64,000 nucleotides of DNA, from contig CATNEN010000039.1 of NCBI GenBank assembly GCA_950097015.1, forward strand, positions 18,600,001 through 18,664,000, written 5' to 3'. Under the pieces are notes generated by a model that saw nothing but the letters and a program-made list of their open reading frames with translations, made no database searches and was not told the origin of the DNA. Numbering within the stretch: position 1 is the stretch's first letter; each line of letters starts with the position of its first letter. This stretch comes from Macrostomum hystrix. Lineage: Eukaryota; Animalia; Platyhelminthes. This document shows positions 23,523 through 35,945 of this stretch, one piece after another. Made by a program: the position numbers and the translations under genes.

Positions 23523-26500
23523 TCACGGCAGAGATAAGACACGGCAGAGATAAGACACAATGAGAGATTAGACACGGCAGAGATAAGACACAATGAGAGA
23601 TTAGACACGGCAGAGATAAGACACAATGAGAGATTAGACACGGCAGAGATAAGACACAATGAGAGATTAGACACGGCAGAGATAAGACACGGCAGAGATA
23701 AGACACGGCAGAGATAAGACACAATGAGAGATTAGACACGGCAGAGATAAGACACGGCAGAGATAAGACACGGCAGAGATGAGACTCGTGAGAGATAAGA
23801 CACGGCAGAGATGAGACTCGTGAGAGATAAGACACGGCAGAGATGAGACTCGTGAGAGATAAGACACGGCAGAGATGAGACACGGGAGAGATAAGACACG
23901 GCAGAGATGAGACACGATGCGAGATAAGACACGGCAGAGATGAGACTCGTGAGAGATAAGACACGGCAGAGATAAGACACGCCAGAGATAAGACACGGCA
24001 GAGATGAGACACGGCAGAGATTAGACACGGCAGAGATAAGACACGGCAGAGATAAGACACGGCAGAGATGAGACTCGTGAGAGATAAGACACGGCAGAGA
24101 TAAGACACGCCAGAGATAAGACACGGCAGAGATGAGACACGGCAGAGATTAGACACGGCAGAGATAAGACACGGCAGAGATAAGACACGGCAGAGATGAG
24201 ACTCGTGAGAGATAAGACACGGCAGAGATGAGACTCGTGAGAGATAAGACACGGCAGAGATGAGACACGGGAGAGATAAGACACGGCAGAGATGAGACAC
24301 GATGCGAGATAAGACACGGCAGAGATGAGACTCGTGAGAGATAAGACACGGCAGAGATAAGACACGGCAGAGATAAGACACGGCAGAGATGAGACACGGC
24401 AGAGATGAGACACGGCAGAGATAAGACACGGCAGAGATGAGACTCGTGAGAGATAAGACACGGCAGAGATGAGACACGATGCGAGATAAGACACGGCAGA
24501 GATAAGACACGATGCGAGATAAGACACGGCAGAGATGAGACTCGTGAGAGATAAGACACGGCAGAGATGAGACTCGTGAGAGATAAGACACGGCAGAGAT
24601 AAGACACGATGCCAGATAAGACACGGCAGAGATGAGACTCGTGAGAGATAAGACACGGCAGAGATGAGACTCGTGAGAGATAAGACAGTATACATTCACA
24701 GGTGGGATTGGTACTTGAATGAAATGCCACATTATGCGTCGCTTAAAAAAGTTGCTGAGAGAATACGCTATTGAATTTTGGTGACACATAATTTCGAGAA
24801 ATTTCGAGATTGCCACAAGCTTAATACACTAATTAGTATGACTAATTAGTATCACGGCAGAGATAAGACACGGCAGAGATATGACACAATGAGAGATTAG
24901 ACACGGCAGAGATAAGACACAATGAGAGATTAGACACGGCAGAGATAAGACACAATGAGAGATTAGACACGGCAGAGATAAGACACGGCAGAGATAAGAC
25001 ACGGCAGAGATAAGACACAATGAGAGATTAGACACGGCAGAGATAAGACACGGCAGAGATAAGACACGGCAGAGATGAGACTCGTGAGAGATAAGACACG
25101 GCAGAGATGAGACTCGTGAGAGATAAGACACGGCAGAGATGAGACTCGTGAGAGATAAGACACGGCAGAGATGAGACACGGGAGAGATAAGACACGGCAG
25201 AGATGAGACACGATGCGAGATAAGACACGGCAGAGATGAGACTCGTGAGAGATAAGACACGGCAGAGATAAGACACGCCAGAGATAAGACACGGCAGAGA
25301 TAAGACACGGCAGAGATTAGACACGGCAGAGATAAGACACGGCAGAGATAAGACACGGCAGAGATGAGACTCGTGAGAGATAAGACACGGCAGAGATAAG
25401 ACACGCCAGAGATAAGACACGGCAGAGATGAGACACGGCAGAGATTAGACACGGCAGAGATAAGACACGGCAGAGATAAGACACGGCAGAGATGAGACTC
25501 GTGAGAGATAAGACACGGCAGAGATGAGACTCTTGAGAGATAAGACACGGCAGAGATAAGACACAATGAGAGATTAGACACGGCAGAGATAAGACACGGC
25601 AGAGATAAGACACGGCAGAGATGAGACTCGTGAGAGATAAGACACGGCAGAGATGAGACTCGTGAGAGATAAGACACGGCAGAGATAAGACACGATGCGA
25701 GATAAGACACGGCAGAGATGAGACTCGTGAGAAATAAGACACGGCAGAGATGAGACTCGTGAGAGATAAGACACGGCAGAGATAAGACACGATGCGAGAT
25801 AAGACACGGCAGAGATGAGACTCGTGAGAGATAAGACACGGCAGAGATGAGACACGGCAGAGATAAGACACGGCAGAGATGAGACTCGTGAGAGATAAGA
25901 CACGGCAGAGATGAGACACGATGCGAGATAAGACACGGCAGAGATAAGACACGATGCGAGATAAGACACGGCAGAGATGAGACTCGTGAGAGATAAGACA
26001 CGGCAGAGATGAGACACGGCAGAGATAAGACACGGCAGAGATGAGACTCGTGAGAGATAAGACACGGCAGAGATGAGACTCGTGAGAGATAAGACACGGC
26101 AGAGATGAGACTCGTGAGAGATAAGACACGGCAGAGATGAGGCACGATGCGAGATAAGACACGGCAGAGATGAGACTCGTGAGAGATAAGACACGGCAGA
26201 GATAAGACACGGCAGAGATGAGACACGGCAGAGATAAGACACGGCAGAGATGAGACACGGCAGAGATAAGACACGGCAGAGATGAGACTCGTGAGAGATA
26301 AGACACGGCAGAGATGAGACACGATGCGAGATAAGACACGGCAGAGATAAGACACGATGCGAGATAAGACACGGCAGAGATGAGACTCGTGAGAGATAAG
26401 ACACGGCAGAGATGAGACTCGTGAGAGATAAGACACGGCAGAGATGAGACTCGTGAGAGATAAGACACGGCAGAGATGAGACTCGTGAGAGATAAGACAC

Positions 26501-28915
26501 GGCAGAGATGAGACACGATGCGAGATAAGACACGGCAGAGATGAGACTCGTGAGAGATAAGACACGGCAGAGATGAGACTCGTGAGAGATAAGACACGGC
26601 AGAGATGAGACTCGTGAGAGATAAGACACGGCAGAGATGAGACTCGTGAGAGATAAGACACGGCAGAGATGAGACTCGTGAGAGATAAGACACGGCAGAG
26701 ATGAGACTCGTGAGAGATAAGACACGGCAGAGATAAGACACGATGCGAGATAAGACACGGCAGAGATGAGACTCGTGAGAGATAAGACACGGCAGAGATG
26801 AGACTCGTGAGAGATAAGACACGGCAGAGATGAGACTCGTGAGAGATGAGACACGGCAGAGATGAGACTCGTGAGAGATAAGACACGGCAGAGATAAGAC
26901 ACGATGCGAGATAAGACACGGCAGAGATGAGACTCGTGAGAGATAAACACGGCAGAGATAAGACACGGCAGAGATTGCCACGTCAGAGATAAGACACGGC
27001 AGAGATAAGACACGGCAGAGATAAGACTCGTGAGAGATAAGACACGGCAGAGATGAGACTCGTGAGAGATGAGACACGGCAGAGATGAGACTCGTGAGAG
27101 ATAAGACACGGCAGAGATAAGACACGATGCGAGATAAGACACGGCAGAGATGAGACTCGTGAGAGATAAGACACGGCAGAGATGAGACTCGTGAGAGATA
27201 AGACACGGCAGAGATAAGACACGATGCGAGATAAGACACGGCAGAGATGAGACTCGTGAGAGATAAGACACGGCAGAGATGAGACTCGTGAGAGATAAGA
27301 CACGGCAGAGATGAGACACGATGCGAGATAAGACACGGCAGAGATGAGACTCGTGAGAGATAAGACACGGCAGAGATGAGACTCGTGAGAGATAAGACAC
27401 GGCAGAGATGAGACTCGTGAGAGATAAGACACGGCAGAGATAAGACACGATGCGAGATAAGACACGGCAGAGATGAGACTCGTGAGAGATAAGACACGGC
27501 AGAGATGAGACTCGTGAGAGATAAGACACGGCAGAGATAAGACACGGCAGAGATTGCCACGTCAGAGATAAGACACGGCAGAGATAAGACACGGCAGAGA
27601 TAAGACACGGCAGAGATAAGACACGGCAGAGATAAGACACGGCAGAGATAAGACACAATGAGAGATTAGACACGGCAGAGATAAGACACAATGAGAGATT
27701 AGACACGGCAGAGATAAGACACAATGAGAGATTAGACACGGCAGAGATGAGACACGGCAGAGATGAGACTCGTGAGAGATAAGACACGGCAGAGATAAGA
27801 CACGGCAGAGATTGCCACGTCAGAGATAAGACACGGCAGAGATAAGACACGGGAGAGATAAGACACAATGAGAGATTAGACACGGCAGAGATAAGACACG
27901 GCAGAGATAAGACACAATGAGAGATTAGACACGGCAGAGATAAGACACAATGAGAGATTAGACACGGCAGAGATAAGACACAATGAGAGATTAGACACGG
28001 CAGAGATAAGACACAATGAGAGATTAGACACGGCAGAGATAAGACACAATGAGAGATTAGACACGGCAGAGATAAGACACAATGAGAGATTAGACACGGC
28101 AGAGATAAGACACAATGAGAGATTAGACACGGCAGAGATAAGACACGGCAGAGATAAGACACGATGCGAGATAAGACACGGCAGAGATGAGACTCGTGAG
28201 AGATAAGACACGGCAGAGATGAGACTCGTGAGAGATAAGACACGGCAGAGATGAGACACGGCAGAGATGAGACTCGTGAGAGATAAGACACGGCAGAGAT
28301 GAGACTCGTGAGAGATAAGACACGGCAGAGATGAGACACGGCAGAGATAAGACACGATGCGAGATAAGACACGGCAGAGATGAGACTCGTGAGAGATAAG
28401 ACACGGCAGAGATGAGACACGGCAGAGATAAGACACGATGCGAGATAAGACACGGCAGAGATGAGACTCGTGAGAGATAAGACACGGCAGAGATGAGACT
28501 CGTGAGAGATAAGACACGGCAGAGATGAGACACGGCAGAGATGAGACACGATGCGAGATAAGACACGGCAGAGATGAGACTCGTGAGAGATAAGACACGG
28601 CAGAGATGAGACACGGCAGAGATGAGACACGGGAGAGATAAGACACGGGAGAGATGAGACTCGTGAGAGATAAGACACGGCAGAGATTACCACGTCAGAG
28701 ATAAGACACGGGAGAGATAAGACACGGGAGAGATAAGACACGGCAGAGATAAGACACGGCAGAGATAAGACACGGGAGAGATAAGACACGGCAGAGATAA
28801 GACACGGGAGAGATAAGACACGGAAGAGATATGACACGGGAGAGATAAGACACGGAAGAGATATGACACAGCAGAGATTAGACATGGCAGAGATAAGTCA
28901 CGGGAGGTAAGTCAC
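23523..28915. repeat. Tandem satellite, 16-bp base monomer GAGATAAGACACGGCA with 15-17-bp variants (~5.4 kb)
   Basis: Directly visible. Variants GAGATGAGACTCGTGA, GAGATAAGACACGATGC, GAGATAAGACACAATGA, GAGATTGCCACGTCA. Interrupted at 24687-24852 by a copy of its own left flank. Confidence 0.97.
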
Positions 28916-30980
28916 GGAAGAGGCAAGTGTAGAGATGGTATTGAGGTCAGATAAAGGAGAGTATAAGGGGCCGCTGAGCTGTGAGCTTATAGAATCATAA
29001 ACAATATGCGCCGTACCTATTTATAGCTTTTGCTTCAGCTGAAGGTTTAGACCAGGGAAGCCTATACGCGACGTGTTGGGCAAGAAGAAAATACGAGGTT
29101 AAAGAGATGCTGTTTTTACTGTTTTGATTATGTTTTTCTCTTTGTGGCTTTATATATATTTTTTACTGGATCCGAAATTCAGTATGATAGACATTTTTTA
29201 TCTAAGACCGAACCTTAAAGTTTACGAACATGCACATTACATAAAACATAACACACCACTTCATTTTAAGTTTCAGCTTTTCACAGTTTTTTGTTTATAA
29301 AAAAGCGGCCTGTGGCAATTAGGCAGGAAATTTTTGCATCCATTTTAAAACTGAATGGGCTAAAACCTTGGCAACGTGAGACTATTGAGTTTACAGCCAC
29401 AAAAGCAAAAGCTGCAAAGAACCACTCGATTCTCTCTGTCCCCCTATAAAGCGGCAATCGATTTTTTGCAACCTAGCTGCGCATGTGTATCCTTGCATCT
29501 TTACCGTTAGCTGTACAAACTAGCAACAGGAGAGGCGGACTAATTCAGCGCACTCTGCGGATCTGGGAGAGGAGGGAGAGGCCTTCCATACTCTATTCTT
29601 CCTCCACTAGTGCGCTTCATTGTTCCTATTATCCTTGACTTATGAAAGCAAACAGTCAGGTAACAGCCTCCTATACGCACCTGTGCATACAATCCTGCGT
29701 GCAACCACAAAGAAGCCTAGAGCCCCGTTTTCAAATCCCATTCTATGTTCTATCTAAGCCTATGCATTGTCTACGCATTGGCCCGCGCGAGTACATCTCC
29801 CATCTCTAGACAGAAATATCTGTCTGCCTATCTAGCCCTATAATGAAAGAATGAAACAATACAAAGGATGAGGAAGGGACAAAGCGGTAGGAAGCGAAGT
29901 CTTTCTCTCGTCCCAGTTGAGATGTTTAGACGTTGTTGCCATAGTAACCGGCCAGCCCTCTCTCTCCGCCCGATGGAAACCGAAGAGTGGGGAAGGGTGC
30001 AGGGCTGCTAGAACACGCAGGAAAAAGGCTGTGAGAGAGCTTAGTGCAGACCCACCAGAAGACCGTTTTGTCATTTACGGGATCTATAAAACTTTATCCT
30101 CCCGCTCGCTGCAGTATAACTATTTATTCCGCTGCACGATGAAAAATGATTAGACGCATTGTGTCTCTATCGAGCTAAATTGAAGCAATAATGCTGATAA
30201 CAATTAAACAGGATGGGGAATGACAAAATGATGGTGCTGCAGATTAAAGCTGGGTTCAGCGTCACTGGAAATTAGTATCGATTAACTAAGCTTACCCTGA
30301 AATTGTAATTTAGCTCTCTGTAGTCTACTCTCGAGTTCTGGTTCTTTGACTACGCTGAAAATCTATTTAACTCGCTGAAGTGAAACCTTTCAAGTCAACG
30401 TCAAGTTGACTGATTGCAACCCGACACAATGCAACGACAAAACGACACAATAACAGTGCAAGTTAGGAAGAATTCGTAAGAACGCTCTTTCAAAGAGTTC
30501 AATCAAGCGTGTCCATTTCCAAACTGCCAAATAATGGAGCGTCAAATAATTTACTGCGCACCATAAGTCAGTATATTTCCATCTTTAGAATGCGCTTTCA
30601 CAAGAAATAACTAAGGTAAAAGTGTAGAAACACATCAGTAATACATTGAATACCGTAGAGAATTTAGACGAGAAGCAACACATTTTTCCCAACTTTGCAA
30701 GACGTAAAGTACAAGATCAAAGGCAAAGATACCGGGTTGGTTTCTTTACTTCTAAGGGGAATGCAGTGGTTAACAAAAAAACAACAAATCTTGAAAGAAT
30801 CTTGATTGACTCGTAAAGGAATGCGACTAGGTTTTATTTTTACCATGAAATCTTACCTCCTCTTACCTTGTCCCTTTCTGTATTCGTTTGAAGACAATGG
30901 CATTTGGTGTAAAAATAATAAATAAATCCACTTTACTTACCACAATAAAATATGCCACATGTGCTGCACCGCTTAATAGA

Positions 30981-33900
30981 TCACATGCAAGACTTTTTAC
31001 CTGGAAAGAGAGAAATATAAATAATTCATTTAGTTACAAACATTAACAACTCTTACAGGTTGATGATGTGCTAGATGCTGTTGCACTAGAACTCTGCGTT
31101 GTACTCGAACTCGGTGTTGTTGCACTTGAACTCTGTGCTGTTGTACTAGAGTTGCTTGCTGTTGTACTAGAGTTGCTTGCTGTTGTACTAGAGTTGCTTG
31201 CTGTTGTACTAGAGTTGCTTGCTGTTGTACTAGAGTTGCTTGCTGTTGTACTAGAGTTGATTGCTGTTGTACTAGTGCTCGCTGTGGTTGTAGTATGGGT
31301 GGAAGTCGGTGCTGTCGTAGTTTGGTATACAGTCGAACTTGATATCTCTACCGTTACTGTGGTGGCATCAGATGTGACCTTTGTGGTATCAACCGTAGTA
31401 GAAGTTGGCGTAGAAGTGGTAGTTTCAACCACAAGCGTAGTTGTGGGTACCGGAGTGGTGGTTGCAGTTGTTGGAATTGGAGTTGTTGTCATAGAGCAGT
31501 TGATGTAAGATCCAATACAAAGATCTAGGGTGTCATTTACATAGCTGTACTGCACAGGCACCCACTGACCGCTGTCATTGCAGTAGAGTATCTGGAAAAC
31601 TCTGACATCCGCCGAACAGTTTATAAGGATCTGGCTAGCCGGTGGAAACTTGCTCGAGTTGTAGTATGTGACCCACGTGTCCGTAAGGTTACTCTTTAGT
31701 CCTGTGGGCATGGACATTGGTGGAAATAGAGCTTCAGGCGATGGACAAGTTGCATAGTTGCAGCTGAGACTTGTTCCTTCCCACTGAAGCGACGGATTGT
31801 TCTTGTTGATCGGGCATCGAAGTGTACTTGTCTGTCCGATGCTTGTCCATAGCCGGTCACTAACGCGCGGCTCGGTGCAACGAACGCTGACAGTCGAGTT
31901 AGGAGGGAATGCTGGGCTGCTAATATTGTATCCAGACCATGTTGTGCCTAACGACGTTATTTCGAAGCCTTGATCAACAAGCCAGGAGCTATTGCGAGAG
32001 CACGGTGGAAATTCCGTGAATCTGCAAACCGCATCGATGGTCTCATCCAGTGTTGTGATATTGCTGTTGTTCCAAACCTGGGACAACGTGGCGCCCAAGT
32101 AGGTATTCGATACACTGTAGCCATAGGTATAATCACCAGTTAGAACGCACTTAATATTTATACTCGGGTTGAGGTTAAACGTGCTGGCATTTGTGGAGCA
32201 TTGCACCATTATGCCTTCGTTCTGAGTCAGGAAAGTTTTTCCAATGCGATCGTTGATGGATTTTAAGTATTTGAAGTCGCTAGCATTGCACTTAATCGGC
32301 TCGCATTTCAGTAGCTTGGTGCTTGTGGTCGTCTTATCGCAAACCTGAATTGTTGTGCTGTTAGCAAAACTGGCTACGGAATAAGTCCAAGTCGGTTGGG
32401 TGCACGCAATCTCATTTGAAATCGCGCTACCTGGTTCGAATGCGTCATCCACCTTAATTAGTGTGGCTCCGGGCTTACAAATGAGCGTCATCTTGGTTCC
32501 GTTGGCGATATACGGCCGATCGTTGCTTAGTGAGGACCCATCTGGGCCGGAAGCGTTCAGATACGCTTGGTTGTAGGGGTAAGAGAAGTCAACGATTTTA
32601 CGAGAGTCACAATAGTTGCTAATGCAGAGGTCAGAATTCATGATCGATGACCAATCAGGTCCGTGACCGGTTAGTGAACACATCGACTGAATCATTGTTG
32701 TATCATTGCCCAAATAAGTTGTGTTGTAACCGTTGCATGAGAAAAATACAGCGGATTGTGTTGAGAACTTTCCACTCAGATCCAAAGGACAGCTGCCGTT
32801 TAGGACGTCGACACTAAAAGATGAGTCAGTTTGGTTGTTGCTAACAGTACCGCTTATGTATCCGTTAGAATAATTAGGAATGCCATTACATCTTGTTGAG
32901 TCTGAAAATTATTTCAGGGGACAACTCATTAATTGGATCGATGAACATATTAAAGAGTAAAATAACGTTTTTTTGTTGAAAATCAAGTTGTGTTACTCAC
33001 TGAACTGACACACAACGGAAGCATTCGAACAATTGCCGATTACCAGCGATAAACTGGCATTGTTGTTTGTGGAATCGATTCTAATGAAGGCGCACTGTTC
33101 CATGTCATAGCGCACGCTTGAAGATTGTAGCAGCTGCTTAGACAGGGCTTCCCCTATTGAGCTCTTTGACCCATAAATAGACTCGTTGTCTGCCCAGTTC
33201 CACTGCTGAAACTCGAATGCGTTCACCCAAGCAGATTCTCCAGCTGACAACGAACCGCTTACATCTGAACTTGGGAGACTTTTAGAAGAGGCTTTGCATT
33301 CATCGACTGCTTGCTGAAATGTCCTGAGGGCGGTTGTTCCTGAAGTATTCGAAGAGCCACAGAGAAGCTTCGTGTTCATCGCTATTGAGCAGTCAGTGAC
33401 AGTGTAAGACGTCGATGTAGCAATAACACAGTGAATTGTTTCCGTTCCGGCACTTGCTACGACAGGCGACAAAACTGTGTACGAACTCGCGTTCCACATA
33501 AACTGACGCGAGCCAGTTGATGCAGCTTTTCTTATTCCAGCAAAATAATATGATGTGCTGAAATAGAAGTGAGATTTTGTGCGTCGACAAAATTTTGTGA
33601 GTAAACTGCTCTCGTTGCTCAAGTATCTATAATTTTGTTACGATTATTATGAACTGCAAAAATGATCAAAAAGAATTCTTTTATTGAGTGGTAAAAGTAT
33701 GAGTAAGCGTATGCTATTAAATTACTGAATTAAATTCAGTAAATAATGTCTGTGAATACTTGCCTAATTACATGCATGGCTAACTTATCTTTTTTATATA
33801 AAAATATCTTGATAGTGTGCTACCTCAACCATTTTTACTACCTGATTAGACTAAGGCGCTTTTTATGTACTGGAAACTCCATTTCTAGCTCGGAATTACC

Positions 33901-35945
33901 TCGACATATTAACGACTCTGTACGGCAGGAGTGCATTCTCATTCAGCAATTCGAGGAGGCCGTCCTTCATTGGCATCGATCCGTTGCACTTCTGCTTGGC
34001 TTTGTCAAAGGAGACACCCGAGCTGCCTACAAGCGGCCAGAAGCTGTGACAGTAGTTGTTCTGGCAAATCTGGTCGCTAACGGCGGCAGCTGCAATGTCC
34101 GATAGAATATAGTGAAATTTATCATTATCATACCAGCTTCATTAAACCTTGAAAGTGTAAAGCAGGATTTACTGATTTCTTGGTAGCAGATGTAGTTGGT
34201 TTGGCTTGCTGGACAAGGCTGCCAGGTTAGGGAGTTGTTTGAGCTAATCATTGCGCAAGCGAACTGGTTCGAATCTCTGTAGGGAGGAGCCGACTCAACC
34301 ATGGATAGAACTTCATTTGTTGTGTTGAATATGTACGGCTGTGAGCAGGCAGTTGCCCCGATGAAGTATTTAGTCGAGTCATGCTTTGGCAAATAGTTGA
34401 TGTAGTCGCTGCAAAGTTGTACATTTAGAAAAAAATTCAACGCCACTATAACATGACTCAAAATTACTTGAGGTAATTGATAGAATGAGTCCATGAGACA
34501 TTATTGGCTAACTATCAAGTTGCAGATTAGCAAATATTTTGACCAATCGATGATAGCGACTCACCGCAACGGTGCTTCCTCCGTAGCGTTGGCAGCTGTG
34601 GCAATTTTCGAGTTCACTATGCCGTCGCAGTTGGTTAAAAACGAACTGATGGGGTTGGAGGTTGAAGCCGGGAAAAAGCACTTGCCGATTTCCGGGTAGC
34701 AAAGCTCTAAAATAGACAGGTACAGTTTTCATTTGAAACTTTGAGATTTGTTAGGAGGGTCGGTGGCAGAGCGGTTATCGCGTTTGCCTCTCGCACCACG
34801 GTACCTAAGTTCGATTCCACGGCGAGGCCACATTTATTTAGGGCGCAGCCGTGGAGAGAAGGCTTGGGGTCTTGTCTTGCAATTTACGCCCTTTAGCGCC
34901 AACCTCCGAGGCACAGTGAAATTTTACACTGCCCGACGATGAGAAGGTCAGGGCAGATGTGCACACCTGTGTGAGCGTGTGTCTGCGTACAGTATCTGTG
35001 TGCGTGTGTGCTCAGGAGTCAGCGAAATGGGCTTGGAATTCCCTCCTCGCTGACTGCGGGTCTAGTGTCACTAAAAAATGTGCCATTGCCCGCAGCCCTC
35101 CTGCAATTATTATTATTATTATTGAGATTCGTTGTAAAAGGCACAATATTAATGAGCGATTATTTATTCTGACACTCGTATACTTCTGACGGATTTGAAA
35201 GGCTGTACTTTTCAAGCTAGGGATTATGAGTGTTTTTTTATAATAAATTGCATCGATTTTCAGTACCATGAACTTTTGACAGGTTTAAGCAATATTCCAG
35301 TCGGTTGAAATGAGACCAGTTACAATTTATTTTGCACTCACTGCTGCTAGATGTGACGCTGGAGTCGGAACCGAGTGCTATTTCGCAGAGTGCTTTGTTA
35401 CTGTCCGTGGTGGCGGCGAAGCTGTAGGTGACACCGGTTGAACCACGAGTTACCGTAGCCAACTTACCAGTTGAGCCTGCGGTAAATGACATCGAGGCGA
35501 CGCGGCTTAGGTTTTGCGACCAGCAAGCGCTTGATGACACCACAGGGTAGGGCGCAGAAGCGGCGCCAACCCAGTAAGATCTGGAAATATTAGGAATTCA
35601 TTTTTGCATGATCTAGTGAACTACATTCGCTAGATTAGAACTGAATTCTGTGTTGATGACCATGCAAATTTTGATTACTTACCCATCGCTAGGCGAGAGC
35701 AGCTGGTTTATGTTGTCGCGCAGGATCTGCAATGTCGTCAGGTTGAGTAGTCGGCAAGCGGGCGGCGGCGTGTTGCATGCTGCGATGGTGCTGGAAACCA
35801 GCTGGAATGTGTGACACCAGTCGGTATTGTTCGGGCAGGTGCTGCGGCTGCAGCTTACAGCCTGGCCAGACACAGGGTCAATTGTGGCTAGTAGAAGCAG
35901 CGCCAGCAGTGCTGGCATGAGTAACAATGTCTTTCTCGCGGACAT
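30981..35945 (-). CDS. Secreted multidomain glycoprotein: divergent C-type-lectin-like modules, sushi/CCP-like Cys modules and Ser/Thr mucin tail, ~1163 aa; exons complement(35683..35945, 35342..35580, 34565..34706, 34173..34408, 33900..34089, 33001..33557, 31057..32901, 30981..31000)
   Basis: Signal peptide MSARKTLLLMPALLALLLLATIDPVSG. All 7 introns are GT-AG with consistent phases (2,1,2,1,2,1,1), total 3492 nt. CTLD-like motifs YWVG, YFIG, WQPC..YICY, AWVN..WNWAD..CAFI..GNC..VCQ; CCP-like C..C..W..C units (GTKMTLICKPG, TVSVRC..LQW, LYCNDSGQW); T/S-rich tail. The last exon and the domain names are less certain. Confidence 0.8.
31070..31275 (-). repeat. 21-bp coding tandem repeat (ASNSSTT)n in mucin tail
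   Basis: TTGTACTAGAGTTGCTTGCTG repeated ~5 times perfectly, plus degenerate copies. Confidence 0.9.
34753..35121 (+). mobile_element. tRNA-derived SINE family 1, full-length copy (intronic)
   Basis: A-box TGGCAGAGCGG, canonical B-box GTTCGATTCC, (ATT)n tail, TSD TTGAGATTTGTT (34741-34752) / TTGAGATTCGTT (35122-35133). Confidence 0.9.

Noticed and set aside
23500-28885. Long minus-strand ORFs (up to 1103 aa, SLPCLISAV repeats)
   Set aside because: Open in all three frames only because the satellite strand lacks stop codons; no coding evidence.
23523-28915. CRISPR-like repeat/spacer array
   Set aside because: Variable parts are 5-7 nt and recur many times; no unique spacers, no cas genes, eukaryotic context.
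31068-31508. Plus-strand hydrophobic ORF (AVVLELL repeats)
   Set aside because: Antisense shadow of the Ser/Thr mucin exon.
34755-34830. tRNA gene
   Set aside because: A/B boxes are present, but it is the head of a TSD-flanked SINE and the cloverleaf stems are imperfect.
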